This document shows positions 1-13,086 of a stretch of DNA of 64,000 bases, in pieces. This DNA comes from Octopus vulgaris. Its lineage: Eukaryota. The first letter of the stretch is position 1, and each line of letters starts with the position of its first letter. The DNA is taken from NCBI GenBank assembly GCA_951406725.2, contig OX597817.1:128030001-128094000 (forward strand), written 5' to 3'. A program made the translations under genes and the position numbers. The notes under the pieces are model-generated. The model had not been told where the DNA came from and made no database searches. It worked only from the letters and a program-made list of their open reading frames with translations.

Positions 1-147
1 TGTGCGCGTGTGTATCAGTGTGTATGAGTGTGTGTATGTATGTATATATATATATATATATATATATTTATTCTTCAGGCAGTCACATGCACCATACACA
101 CATATGCACATACAGATATATATATATTCATATGTTCGTTTGTTTCA

Positions 148-186
<39 letters not shown>

Positions 187-240
187 TACATATAGATACA
201 TACATACATATATACATGCACGTATACATACACACACAAG

Positions 241-271
<31 letters not shown>

Positions 272-486
272 TCAGATATGTATGTATCTGTCTCTATATG
301 TTTATATTTGCTATACATTATACATATGTTGTATAATATGCATATATATACATACACACACACACACAAATGTATATCAATGTGTTTGTGCGCCTATGTG
401 CACATTTTATCAAGTTATGTGCGAATAGGTGTGTATGTCTGCTCGTATGTTTGCACACACACACACGCACACATATACATACATAC

Positions 487-575
<89 letters not shown>

Positions 576-590
576 CGTGTATGATGCATG
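1..590. repeat. Compound (TA)n/(TG)n/(CATA)n microsatellite tract, representative of dozens across the window
   Basis: Dinucleotide and tetranucleotide runs are directly visible; ORFs over them give YI/CV/HT repeats. Confidence 0.95.
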
Positions 591-1519
591 TACCTCTTTG
601 CCGGGGCAGATCTCAGTAGAAATGTAGATATGTGTCTTATGCATGTGCACAAGTATTTTATAGTATGTATATTTGTAAATATGGTAGTGTGTTTATCTAT
701 AACAATTTTCGTGTGTTTATTCTCTTTAAAGTCTTTCTACTCCCAAAGGAAAAATATACTCTTATCTATGGTAGCCTGTCATCTCTATTTTACGCCTTAG
801 TGAGCTAAATTTCATCATTTTCTAACGCACCATATTTTTTTCTCCTGAATGTTTGTCTTATATTTCCCGTCTCGCCTTCAATCTATCAGTGTGGAAGCCA
901 TAATATCAGAATGAACTTTACATTCTACTGGACTAAATTTCTAGAACCACTGAGAACAACGTTCATCATACTACTTTAAAGGTTCCCCTTTTGATTAAAC
1001 AGTATATTCGACGCAGACGTATCTGAGTACTTAGACACTTCGCTTGGTAATTCTGTAGTTTTGGTTTCGATTCTACAGAGCAGTATTTTGATCAAGAGTT
1101 TTCTGCCATAGCCTCATGTGTTGATCTAATCATTGAGAATAAAAGTTGTTGTCAGAGTCTGTGTGGATGGCCATCAGAAGACAGTTACTCGTCTTGGACG
1201 GTAGATTTATTTTATCTACCCTATTTAACACCACCTCCTGAGCGTCTTGATTCTACTCTACTGCAAATATTCCAAACAGATGACAGATTTAAGGATTAAT
1301 TTCCTCTCAGCCATCTCACATGTTCTGAAAAGGATCGTTGCCTCATCTCTTCCTCTAACAAAACTCTTTAAAGATTTCATATAGAGAGCAGTGTTTAATT
1401 TAATGCGTGCATGGTTTCAATGAAGTTTTCTGTCGAACATTTTGAAACGTTAGTGAGATGGACAGGTTTTGTCTCATCGTGCCATCCTCAACATTATATA
1501 ATCGTATTTAAATTATATC

Positions 1520-1700
1520 TTTTTTTACTATAGGCACAATGCCTGAAATTTTGGCAGCAGAACTTATTCGAGATTGCATCTATCCCAATACTTGACCGAT
1601 ACTTATTTTATCAAATTTGAATTTAGAACGTAAAGACGGACGAAACGCCGCTAGGCATTTTATTCGGAGTGCTAATAGTTCTACTATTTCGATGCCTTAT
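1520..1700 (-). mobile_element. Degenerate copy of tRNA-derived SINE family A
   Basis: Reverse complement resembles the family A head (aaggc...tagcact...aatgcctagcggc) and the alternative tail ttgtgcctatagta. Confidence 0.55.
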
Positions 1701-1906
1701 TGTATTTAAATAATATCTACAGCAACATCGACTAATACAAAGTGAGTCAACGAAAAATCTGTACTGTTCAACCTGCTAGAAATAGCAACGCAGTCGGCTC
1801 AAACTGCAGCTTTAACAACTTCGAAATAAAGACGAGGTCGGTACAATAAATGAATTCATGCAGTTGTTCTAGATATAAGATAAGCTACACTAAAAACATT
1901 AAAAGA

Positions 1907-2823
1907 AACTAGAAAAGCACTCGGAGAGCGTAGACCTCCGCCAAGCAGCTCATTTTCACCCATATACACGCATGCTGAAAATCGCTCAATTTCCCAAACC
2001 AACGCAGGCAAAAACATAATCTCCTTGTCGGGGTTAAAAAAATAACACAGCTATATGATTTTTTTTTAAAAAAACCTTTAAAAACAGGAATCATCTAAAA
2101 CAGTTATAATACCTCAATGACAACAGCAAGTTAGTTTGAGTGATACACACACAACATCATGGTCGGAAAAGTAACAGTCGGTTACGGTGACTTGTGAACG
2201 TCGATCCTGGTTCACGTAAACATGATCTAGCATGTTTCCATAGTCGATGGTGGGTTTTTGGACTCGTTGATCGAACACAGACTGGTTAATAATTGTCAAG
2301 ATCTCATGGTTAGGGGAATCAAGGAGATCCACGTTCAAATACACCAAGGACGATGGTCAGATGATTCCGTGGCAAAGATAAAAGAGGTATCTGTCTACTT
2401 ACGAAACTAAACCTACCTACCAACTTTACATCCCTATGTGTTCACTATAGTATCAATCATCCCTCAAGAGTCCATAGATACGCGAGTAAAATTACTAATA
2501 GAGAAACGAAAATAAATCTTTGGAAACAGCAACGCCACCACAGATTACTTGCAAACGATAAACGTGTTTTCAAGGGAGATAATCAAAGAACGTAACTAAT
2601 ATTTCATGTATAGTCAATATCACAAATGTAAAATCCTTCAAGAATCCATAATAATTGTCGGTTCACTACCAAAATTTCATCTATTCCTTGAGTCATTACC
2701 AACTTTTCCTGCAAGTTTCGTTAAATACCATTCACAACTTTTGAGTTATTTTGCATACAGACAGATAGACGGACAAACCAACGACAATGAAAACATAACC
2801 TCCTTCCTTGGCGGAGGTAATAA
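1907..2823 (-). mobile_element. Helentron-type non-autonomous element (HINE-like)
   Basis: Subterminal inverted repeats acctccgccaag (1934-1945) and cttggcggaggt (2807-2818). The minus strand starts ttattacctccgccaagg and ends in a short hairpin followed by CTAGTT. It carries an internal endonuclease fragment. Confidence 0.7.
2114..2365 (-). pseudogene. AP-endonuclease (EEP) C-terminal fragment, Helentron-like
   Basis: Translation TIVLG(D, frameshift)LNVDLL...FDQRVQKPTIDYGNMLDHVYVN...TDCYFSDHDVV shows the GDxN, LDH and SDH motifs. Confidence 0.75.
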
Positions 2824-3214
2824 AGGTAGCGTGATCAAGTTGACATGAAACCTCCAACATTGCATCTCAATGACTAGCCTAGCTCTCAGTACCTATTAAT
2901 ATTCAACAAGTTTAAGAACTAAAACAGAGATACTATTGTCAATGTTTCTACCACTTACACAGACATCCTAGAAAGACCACTCTGATTAGCACGAAATCGC
3001 CAATCAGTATATCAGCCCCTGTCCATAGACGTCCTGTTTTCCTCTCTATCTTTCCTCCCAGTGTTACGGTTACATCTGTCCCTGAGAGCCGACTGATCTC
3101 GTTCCACTTCCACTCAATCAACTGCTTCTGACACATTATTTAATCTTCCTCTTGTCGTCCTTTAGTAATAGCCAATAACATCAGATCTCTGAAATTCATT
3201 GTTTTATTTTAAAA

Positions 3215-3611
3215 CTAGCAGTATCGCTCGGCGTTGCTCGGGTTTGTTTCGACCCTTTAGAATTGGAAATTTTGAAACGTAAAAGTTTTGCATTATGTAC
3301 AGTATCTTGTTATTCTCTTTAAGTGAACATTTTTCTAGTTGAAATACACCGAAAAATGGTGACACAGCAGTCAAAAAATCGTAAAAAATAGGGATTTTCA
3401 TAGAAAAAAAGCACCTTTTTGATCTAAATACTATTTGGTGTTAACATGGTCCGATTTGAAGTCTTTCTTCTACGGAAGGAAGAGCAAGTCTTCTTCTATC
3501 ATACTCTCAATTTTGGTCATCGTGCGCCGCAGGGTCTCGGAGGAGATAGTGTTAGTTAAAGACTGCCAAACCTGCCATACACAGACAACTTCAGCTTTAT
3601 ATAGAGAGAGA
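3215..3611 (-). mobile_element. Non-autonomous Helitron
   Basis: Minus strand begins A|TCTCTCTCTATATAAAG and ends with hairpin cccgagcaacgccgagcg, then atactgCTAG|T. This is the canonical TC...CTRR structure inserted in AT. Confidence 0.8.
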
Positions 3612-5449
3612 TTTAGTTGTGCCGCCATCGGCTTTCAGCTTTCTGTAAGGATCATTACCCGTGTCGATCTCACTGTTCTCTGGAAGGTCTGCAAATCATA
3701 ATTGCCTGGAACAACTTTGATCGTATGGATCTTCGATCAATGTTGACCTGAGATTTATCAACAATAGAAGCAACGGTGACAACCACGATAGCAACAACAA
3801 CGGCAACATTAACGTCAATTCAATTTCTAATCAATATAGATTCTGGTGTTTACTGCCTTACCATTTCTTAATAGGAATATTCATTAATGCTAATTAGTTT
3901 TCTATTCATTACGTGGCTAAACAACAACATGCATCAAGCATACAATAGTTACTCTGCTTAAGGCTTATAAAATGTATTGATTTTGTCATTCTTTAACTCT
4001 CACTTCAGCTCTTACTGTACAAATAACACACGCAGTTATACAATATGTAATACATATATGTGTGTGTCTTTGTGTGTGTATGCCCGTGTGTGGGTCCGTG
4101 TGTGTTTGTGCGTATGCGTGTATGTGTGTGTACATGTGTGTATTTATTTATTTGTATATATATGTATATATGTATGTGAGTGCGTATACATGAATGTATA
4201 TATTTATTTGTATGTATAAATATATGTGCATGTGTGTTTGTATATATATGTGAGTGTGTGCGTGTGTGTGAGTGTATGTATACATATGTACAGATAGAGA
4301 GATACGGGCAGACAAACAGAGGTATTTAAGTAATTGTTGCATGCTCTGGCTTGCGACACTGAACAATATTAATCATATAACACGAACTTCGAATGTCATT
4401 CACTCTTTTGGCTCGGCGTAAAATGAATTGCATTAATTTGTTTACACATACTAAAACAGTTCAAATACTTACAGAACGTATGGAATTTATACCGGTTACT
4501 TTCATTTCTCTTATTTTATATTCCTTCATTTCTCTCTAATCTAAAATCACTGACCTCTTGGAATATAAACTAAATGTATTTTTTAATTGTTGTTCAAGTG
4601 TGTCTCGTGTTTAGTCCAATGTCAGCCCTAGTCAAGTTGGTCTATGATTGATGTGATTCGAACCATATTTATCCTATATTCTGTTTAGGCATATCACAAT
4701 AGGCCCACCTATATTATCCATTATACGTTTCGTTGTTCAAGATGTGAGTGTGAGAAACGAAAGATATTCGGTTTCTATTTGTAGGAGACCGAACAAATGC
4801 GTAGAATATTTTATTATTTCAAATATTTAAAACTTTTTCCCTCACTGTGCTCTGACATATTATAAACGAGTGAAAATTTACCCATAAGATGTGTTGGCTA
4901 TAGCTATGTAGTTAACCAACCGCGTATTAGTGACCAAAGTAACAAGCGGTCGACTCGACAGGATATTTTTCTATAAACAAGTTTCATTCACCTTCATTAA
5001 TTAACATCAAAGTAATATCTCAACAGGGAAGGAACTCTGACTAAATGTTAGTTTTACCATATTTTTTTCTTTTATTCTTCTATTCTAGAATCCAACGCTT
5101 CACTGATAAAATTACTTTGACGTCTACAAACTATGACTGTGCACTAATATGAATTTTCGTTTGCGATTTTTATTGATAAGTTTTTGTGAGGAGCGGTGGG
5201 GAAAATCATTCATATTTCTTTTCAATCATCAGTTATTTTCGTTTTTATCACTATAGAAACCAGATCTGTCTGTCCATTTTGTTTCTGCTACATGCTTATT
5301 TAATACCTCAATGTAACGTTAGACGATTCTATTGTTCTTTGAAGCAACGTTGAGGCATTAACATTTGCAACAAGCTGAAAATGTAAGTGAAAAAAAATGG
5401 CCGGTAATACATAAGCGTTGTCATTATTTGAAAAGATTATAAAAGAAAA

Positions 5450-5800
5450 GATTATTTGATGTTTCTCCTCTGCCGTTTTAGTACAATTGATCACATTCTC
5501 CAATGAATAGACAGCTTTATGCCGTTCAGTGTAACACCCAACAGAAACTATACAGCATTTATTAACTGGGTGGAATGCAACTCTGCTAAGGTGTTAAAAG
5601 TTTATATGTATAGGAATGCTAATGAAACATTAAGTCCCGGATGCATTGTCTTCAAATGGATGTATTGAGCCTTATAAAATCCGAACTATTCAATATTTAC
5701 GTTCTGCGAAAGTGAAAGCTTTTAATGTAACCGGAAAACGCTAAGTGGAAGTATTTCTTTTCTGAAAATGTATAACTCTGATAAAAACAGTACTGATCAG
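5450..5800 (-). pseudogene. Possible highly decayed pogo/Tigger transposase fragment
   Basis: Minus-strand peptide pieces EDNASG and FHPVNKCCIVSVGCY loosely match DNAPGH...LQPLDQGIIxxxKxxY. There are many stops. Confidence 0.25.
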
Positions 5801-7173
5801 AGATATGTTTCACGCTTTCTTTAGACCTTTATTCACGGTCTGTTGGTGTTGGCTTTGATCAAATTATATCAAGGTTTCCATTGAAAGAGTTGTCACGACG
5901 CACAGTGTATATAATTAGCCACGAATATTACTTTTATTGCAAGGTCTGGGATTATTAGAGTTTTCCTAATCAGTGACTACCATCAAATATACGTCTCAAT
6001 AAAATAGATTTACATAAGCTTTCAAAGATAATCAGCCTCTACTATTTTCATTTCTTTTTTTCTTCTTTTCTTTCTCCTTCTTGCTTTGTTTTACCTTATT
6101 TCTTTCGATATATTTTGATACTTTATCTTTGTTTTTCGTTTTGTTGTTTTGTTGTTGGGGTAATTTTTTTTTTATTTATTTTAGTTATTTATTTATTTTG
6201 CTATTACGCTTCAATTAAAATTAAGTCTTTAAACTGAAGATGCAGTCCAGTAGACTATCGCTGAATGAATAACTCAACACAGAGAAAAGTGTGAGACGTG
6301 TTGTCATTAGAATTACTTGACTACATTAATTTTTATTCCTTTTCATAAGAGATAGACATGAACAGCACCTTACAGTAGCAACATTTAACTGCGTCCCTTT
6401 AGTTTCAGCGTTCGAATCTGACAAAGTGTGATTTTTACCTGTCTTCTCTTAGTATTCATTAAAATGAATACTAGACATGTCCTGGTGTCAATTCAATTGA
6501 CTATAGCTTATATCCAAAGTATTTATTTAACGTGTGAAAATTTGATAGATCCATACTAAGTATTAGATAACAGGGCCATGTAGAGGGAATACTGGACCAG
6601 ATTTATAGAAGGTCACTGCTCAAGCGATGAAACTAGGACGGAGATATTTTCATGACTTCATCAAAGAGGGTTTTTTTTCTTTGCGCAGCATCCTGCCTGA
6701 GAGCTAGTGGGAAGGTCAAGAGCCGTAGATACTGAAGGAAGCATGCAAAGGTTTTTGCTAGTATCATATTCAAGATTAACAAGCTGAAAAAAAAAGTGAT
6801 GGTGACTCTGGAGCTAGCTCGACCTCCGCGATTTCAATATTGATTTTTCAACTAACAATTCATACGAGGGCATAGAAAAGACAATTATGCATATTGGGAG
6901 CTTCAGTAACATCGATGAAAGAATATTAAAAACATCCACGACAACGAGGAGGCTGCAAGTAACAGATATTCATTTACTGGATAAGTGCATTTGAAACCAT
7001 ACTGGGTATTTTTCTAGTAAAGGAGGCTCGTAAACCAATTTTCGAAGCAGAATTTCTGCATTCGATTTAGTCAACAATTTCTCTTGGAGTGATGTTGTGC
7101 TACAAGAAACCATTCAGTTATACTCATCAAAAAAGAAAACTCATTAATCCGTATATATAAACATCCGTATGTG

Positions 7174-7248
<75 letters not shown>

Positions 7249-8112
7249 TATATAATACTACTATTATTTTTTTTACTATAATAATTTCTTAAATATAGCC
7301 ACGAAACACGTGTCGTTATTCTACCCAATATATACGTTTTATTTATTATTTTGCACATTACTTAATCATCGGTATATTATTGTTATTTTATATTTAATAT
7401 TTCTATTATATGTAATTTTCTAGATGGTGTTATTTAATTGTTCATTTTGAATTGATAAAAGGTGTTTTTTCTAATTCTTATATATATTATATTTTGTGAA
7501 ATCTGATTTAGTACTTCTAAAATGATTTTTTCCCCGTAAGTTAGGAATAATATTCCCTCAAATAATTATTATATATATATGTATATATATAAATCTTTCT
7601 ATTTAGGTGTGTTAAATATTAAATTGTGAAAACAAGGTTCCATGATAAGAAGGAACACATATGATGGTTTAGGCTGTCAGGTTATACATTTAAAAAATAT
7701 GTCGCAGTTGAACTCAGCCAAAGAGGCAAACGCTTTATAAATGGACAACGTAACTAATATATTTGCACAGCCAAAATACTTAACTCACTACAAATTTACT
7801 TCCTATAAATAAATTGGCGTTGCTGTTGCCCTTGTTAATATGCTGTTGTCATTTAGGCTCACATCTGAGCAGTTTTATTATGAAACTCTTTCCATTTGTG
7901 TCTATATTTTCCTTTACCAAACAGACATAAGTAAACCATAAGGCACTATCTATAACAAATTATTCATTTTTTTAAAAAAACGCACTAGAATATTATTTAA
8001 GGAGACATAAGGAAACCATTTTAGCAGATCAACCAGCTATGTAAATAAATACAATGACAAACTGCCTTGTGGCGCTGTTCGAAATCGGCAGCGTTGTGTA
8101 ACTTTAAAAATA

Positions 8113-8671
8113 TGGGGTTATCCGGAAAGTTCGTGCCGACTTTTAAAGGAAAGAAAAAGGTCAATAAATACTTGCCATTACATTTTTAATCAAGCAAATA
8201 TGAAACACTCTGTTGCATAATGCGTCTCCATCTTTCCTTTAACTTGAAAATACCCTCTTCCCCGAAATGAGGTGGTTTCATGGCATAGAATTCATCAAGG
8301 ATCTTTTTACGTCATCCAAGGAACTTAAATTTTTATCATTAAGACTATCCTGCAGAAACCTGAATAAGTGGAAATCCGAAGGAGCAATATCTGGTGAATA
8401 TGGAGGGTGGGGTAACATATCCCAGCCGAGCAATTTCTGTCTGGTTCCCAAAGCATCAAGTGCCAAAAATGAACTTTCTTGTCTTCCATTTTAAAGGGTT
8501 ACAGAATTAACACAGGTTATACGAACATAAACCTTCTTCCACAAAAAGATAGCTTAAACTGTGCTCTAAATGGCGGTGTAGTCAAATTTTATCTTATGGA
8601 CTCAACCATGTTCTAAAATAAGTCGAAAGGTAAGCTACCATAAATCGGCACGAACTTTCCGGACAACTCAA
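8113..8671 (-). mobile_element. Internally deleted mariner (Tc1/mariner) transposon
   Basis: TIRs tggggttatccggaaagttcgtgccga and tcggcacgaactttccggacaactcaa are flanked by TA on both sides. The transposase remnant includes LPHPPYSPDIAPSDFHLF, the mariner YSPDLAPSD motif. Confidence 0.9.
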
Positions 8672-8890
8672 TACTTTGTTTCAACGCAGTTTTTATTTGA
8701 ATTTTCTTGGTTGTAGAAGAAGAAACAGTAAATTATCTTTTTCTACTCTAGGCACAAGGCCGGAAATTTGGGAGGACGGGGCCAGTCTCTAAAAATTTCA
8801 ACCATCTAACCATCACCGGGTGCGGCTATAATTGGTGTGGCGCAGTGTTGGACCCCTAACAGGGATCACCGCATGCCCACACATTATATA

Positions 8891-9902
8891 TCTTTATATA
8901 TATAAAACTGAGAATGTGTGTCTGTCTGTCTGTCAGTGTGTTTCCCTAAAACTTGAGAACTACACAACCAATTTCATTCAAATTTTACACATGTCTTACT
9001 TAGAGTCCATGTAGTTTCATGGGCAAAAAAATGTTCAACTTCTTGCCTAGAGCGAGCCCATAGCAATATCATATATTCTCTACTATTTCAGTATTACGTG
9101 TTAAAAGTGAAACAAAAACATTTCTCTATTTTATGTCAGATACTTTCACTTTAACAATAAAAATAATAATAACAATTGAATTATATGTAGTAAGTAATAA
9201 TTAAAATCAAACTAAAATATAATACAAAAGTAAAAATAGCAATTGGTATAAAATTGCATCAATGACTTGAACTTGAATAAGTGGTTTCACATGAATGGGA
9301 ATATATTAAAAATAAAATTAGCGTGCAGAAATGGAATAGTCCAGATGGATAATAAAAAATTAAATTAAAGAAAAGACTATTGTCTATAAAGTATAAAATG
9401 TAGAGAAAAAAGAAGATTTGAACACATGGAGGAAAGCACCTTCGAAAAGCGTCTTAGTGCGACTATGAAAGGTATCTAATCAGAGGCGGTAAATTCGCCA
9501 CAATAGAACCAAGGTTCAAGTCAACGGAGCGTGCAAGAGAGTACTCGACTCGAACTTGCAAAGTGGAAATATTTTATTCCTACCTTTATATCTGGGACGT
9601 AGGACGTTCCGGAAAAAAATTTTAATGCCCCCCCCCCCCCCAAGTAGAGGTAGGCTGGATTGTAGCCACACTTCTATACAAGAGGGAGGACAAGATACAA
9701 TTAATCGAAATTACAAGAGACAGGTTAACAATTCCAGTCTGTTATATATTTTGAGTATTGTTATCACTAGCGATATCAAGATATAACTTTGTATTTTGTA
9801 TTTTATGTGTAGATGTATATATATATAGATGTACATGTAATATGTACACATATATACATGCACTAGCACTTTGACCCGGCAACGACGGGTCTTTAATGCT
9901 AG
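8891..9902 (+). mobile_element. Non-autonomous Helitron
   Basis: Starts A|TCTTTATATATATAAAAC followed by (tctg)n. Ends with hairpin gacccggcaacgacgggtc, then tttaatgCTAG|T. Confidence 0.8.
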
Positions 9903-9933
<31 letters not shown>

Positions 9934-10038
9934 ATATATACACATATGTATGTATGCATCTATCTATGTATGTATACATATATATATATGTGTGTGTATA
10001 TATATATGCATATATATGTATATGTAGATATATGTATA

Positions 10039-10087
<49 letters not shown>

Positions 10088-10320
10088 GTTATTGTTTCAG
10101 TCATTGAACTAGGATACTGGGCCGTAAACGAACAAACACAGGTTGTCAAGTGGTAGGGACGTCACAGAGAAACAAAAATATACATCAACATCCATACTCA
10201 CATACACACGCACACACACATACATAAATATATACATACATACATACATACATACATACATACATACATACATACATACATACACACATACATACATATA
10301 TATATATATATTAATAAATT

Positions 10321-10985
10321 TTAGGGTAGTAAAATATTATTTAGAAATTTTTTTACCATCGTTATAATTTTTGAAATCCACCGCGCAAGCGCAGTTTTTT
10401 TTATCGGAAGCAAATAAAAATAATGCCGATTTTCTTTCAAAATTAGCCAAAAGAATTATTATTAACAAATTTCAAGGTAGTAACATATTTTTAGAAATTT
10501 TTTACCATCGTGGCCTAGCGTGTTGAAAAGGTAGTCAATAAACTATATATTACTCATTATATATACAGCGTACATTTAAACACATAAGAGATAGCTATAA
10601 TCGGACAAGAAAACTGCTAGAAAGTGTAGTTAAAATCCAAACCACAATTAGGGATAATTTCGAAAGGGAATGAAAAATAAAAACATTTACTATCTATTTC
10701 TTGGACCATGGTTTCAAGCTATCTTCAGCAAATAAAGTAATTTGCTAGGCGAAGCTCTCATCAGCAGGAAAGCCAAATATTAATATATAATCCCGAGGCA
10801 ATACAGAACATGACATGTGCTTTCCTGTTATAATTTTTCAAATCTACCGCGCAAGCGCAGTTCTTTATCGGCGGAGGAGAGAAATAATGCCGATTTTGTT
10901 TTGTTGTGGTTTGGATTTTAACTACTCCTTCTAGCAGTTTATATGTCCGATTATGGCCATCTCTTATGTATTTAAATATACACAA
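10321..10985. repeat. Mosaic of direct and inverted repeats around a hammerhead motif (PLE/retrozyme-like locus)
   Basis: Direct repeats at about 10325/10477 and 10362/10828, plus an inverted repeat of about 75 bp at 10572-10648 versus 10904-10977. Confidence 0.6.
10697..10771 (-). ncRNA. Minimal type-I hammerhead ribozyme with extended stem II
   Basis: tttcctg-CTGATGA-gagct..tagcaaat/atttgctg..agctt-GAAA-C CATG G-TC-caagaaa. Stem I pairs 6 of 7 positions and helix III is the palindrome ACCATGGT. Confidence 0.65.
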
Positions 10986-12977
10986 TATATATATATATGA
11001 AAAGTAAGTTCTTTTTGTGTAAAGTCGTCGTGCTCATGAAAGACTCCAGTGAATCCTTTGCACTCATATCGAATTTCGTGGTACTTATATATTATGAATG
11101 ATTTCTCATGGATTATTGAGTCCGAAACTTTCGAAAACTGTGTTCTCATATTTTCTTGCTAAAGAATTAGACCTTTTGTCACTAGAGTTCTGTCACATTG
11201 GACTCACTGTGACGTTAACCATAGCCAAACTAGGGGGACTTTACTACCATAATCAACATCATAAACCTAAATCAACACTCGTTTCAAACATTTTCGTTTA
11301 TGATATCAACCCAGTAAATGTGTTGGAGTGGGAAAAAACCATAGGGGCTGCTAGAGTAAACGACTTGCGGTCTTTACCTATATAATTGCTTGTTCTGATT
11401 TGTATGCCCCATGAAGGAGTTTCTGTCATTTTATTTCTGTGTGCCCGATAAACGATGTACGAGTGCCTGTTATACACATAGACAAATATCTTTCATCAAA
11501 GTACGGTTTTTTGCCTATAGAAAAAAATCACTATATATTGGCGTGCATTCGATTTACTAAATCAATGGCCTTGTATTCGCTGAAAAAACAATACTATTTC
11601 GGTGAATGCGTTATAGGAAGTGGCCATGTTCTTGAGTAAATGTATTACAATTTTAACGACGTCCTGTATTCAAGTATAAGCAAACTCAGCTTCAATGTTA
11701 AATTGTCGAATGGTTAACCACGCATATGTGTGTGTGTGCGCGCACAAATATATATATGTATGTATATATAAGTGTATATATAGATATATATGTATGTATT
11801 CATGTGTGCTCTTTCTAAAAATATGACCCCATTAAAAGGAATAACGCTGGATTAAAATACCACTGCGGAAAACTCGGTAAATCTCATGATTAAATACCTT
11901 TCTCTATTTATTTACACACTGCATATTCTAATCCCAATTTGGCAAGTTTTACTTTTCGTCTATCAAAGGTTAATATAGTAAAAGTACAGGTTAAATTCAA
12001 GACAAGCATAATTATGTCCTGTAATATTTCTCTCTATACCAATGTTAGAAACCATTATCGCACTAAGTGCCTACAATCGATGAAAATGTATTATTTTCTC
12101 TTTCATGGCAGGTTTAACTTCATGTATGAATTTTCAGTTAAAATCTGAATTCACTCAAGTTAAAATCTTTAATCTCTGCAGGCTAATTCGTATCAGGAAA
12201 ACACCAAGCTCAAACATACGAGGAAACTATTTTATTTCCTATCAAAAATTGACGTCGTCTATTTCTAATTTCATATTTACGTCTTTCCGTCTATGCAGTG
12301 TTAACCGTCTGTAGAATTATGTTAAGCTCATACAGGCGACTAAACTACACTAATTTCTTTCAAAAATTGGCCTTATGTCTTGTCATGTGAAAATCATTAT
12401 TGCAGTTTAACGTTTAAGAATCACATGGCTAATAAAGACACCGTTTATTTGTATGTTATTTTTATAGGAATTGCTTCAGTAAAATATTTTTTTAATACAT
12501 ACGCCTATTACTGTAATATTCTATTTAAAGTACATATAAACATGACCAATATATGAATAGGTTTCTCTAGTAAATCCAACTTTATAGATTCCAAAGACAT
12601 TTTCCGAATAATTTTAAATTTACAGTTTTAGATACAGAAAAAAGAAAAACAAACGAACTTCGCTTTCGTTTATCATTTCTTTTTTATATCTATCTGTCTT
12701 TTGCTAACTCTCTCAGTATCTCTCCCTGTCTCTTTAACTAACATTCTCTCCCCTTAATTTCCTGTCTTTCTTTCTCACTCTCCTCACTCTCTCTGTCTAC
12801 CCTATTTCTTCAGTTTCTTCCTCTAGTGCGTATATATATATATATATATATATATGTGTATATGTATGTATGTGTGTGAATATATATATATTTATATACA
12901 TATATATATACACATATATACATATATATATATATATATATTTATATATACATATATATACATATATATCTATATAT

Positions 12978-13012
<35 letters not shown>

Positions 13013-13055
13013 CACATACACACATATATATGTATAGACATATACACATATTTAT

Positions 13056-13086
<31 letters not shown>

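Noticed and set aside
2-652. Long ORFs over microsatellites (also 12.8-14.2, 28-30.9, 50.9-51.3 and 62-62.6 kb)
   Set aside because: YI/CV/HT/LSIY/poly-I/N/Y peptides are translations of simple repeats that lack stop codons, not genes.
11030-11140. CTCATGA...gactc/gagtcc-GAAAC, a possible long-stem hammerhead
   Set aside because: The core is mutated and there is no valid cleavage triplet or stem I, so it is too degenerate to call.
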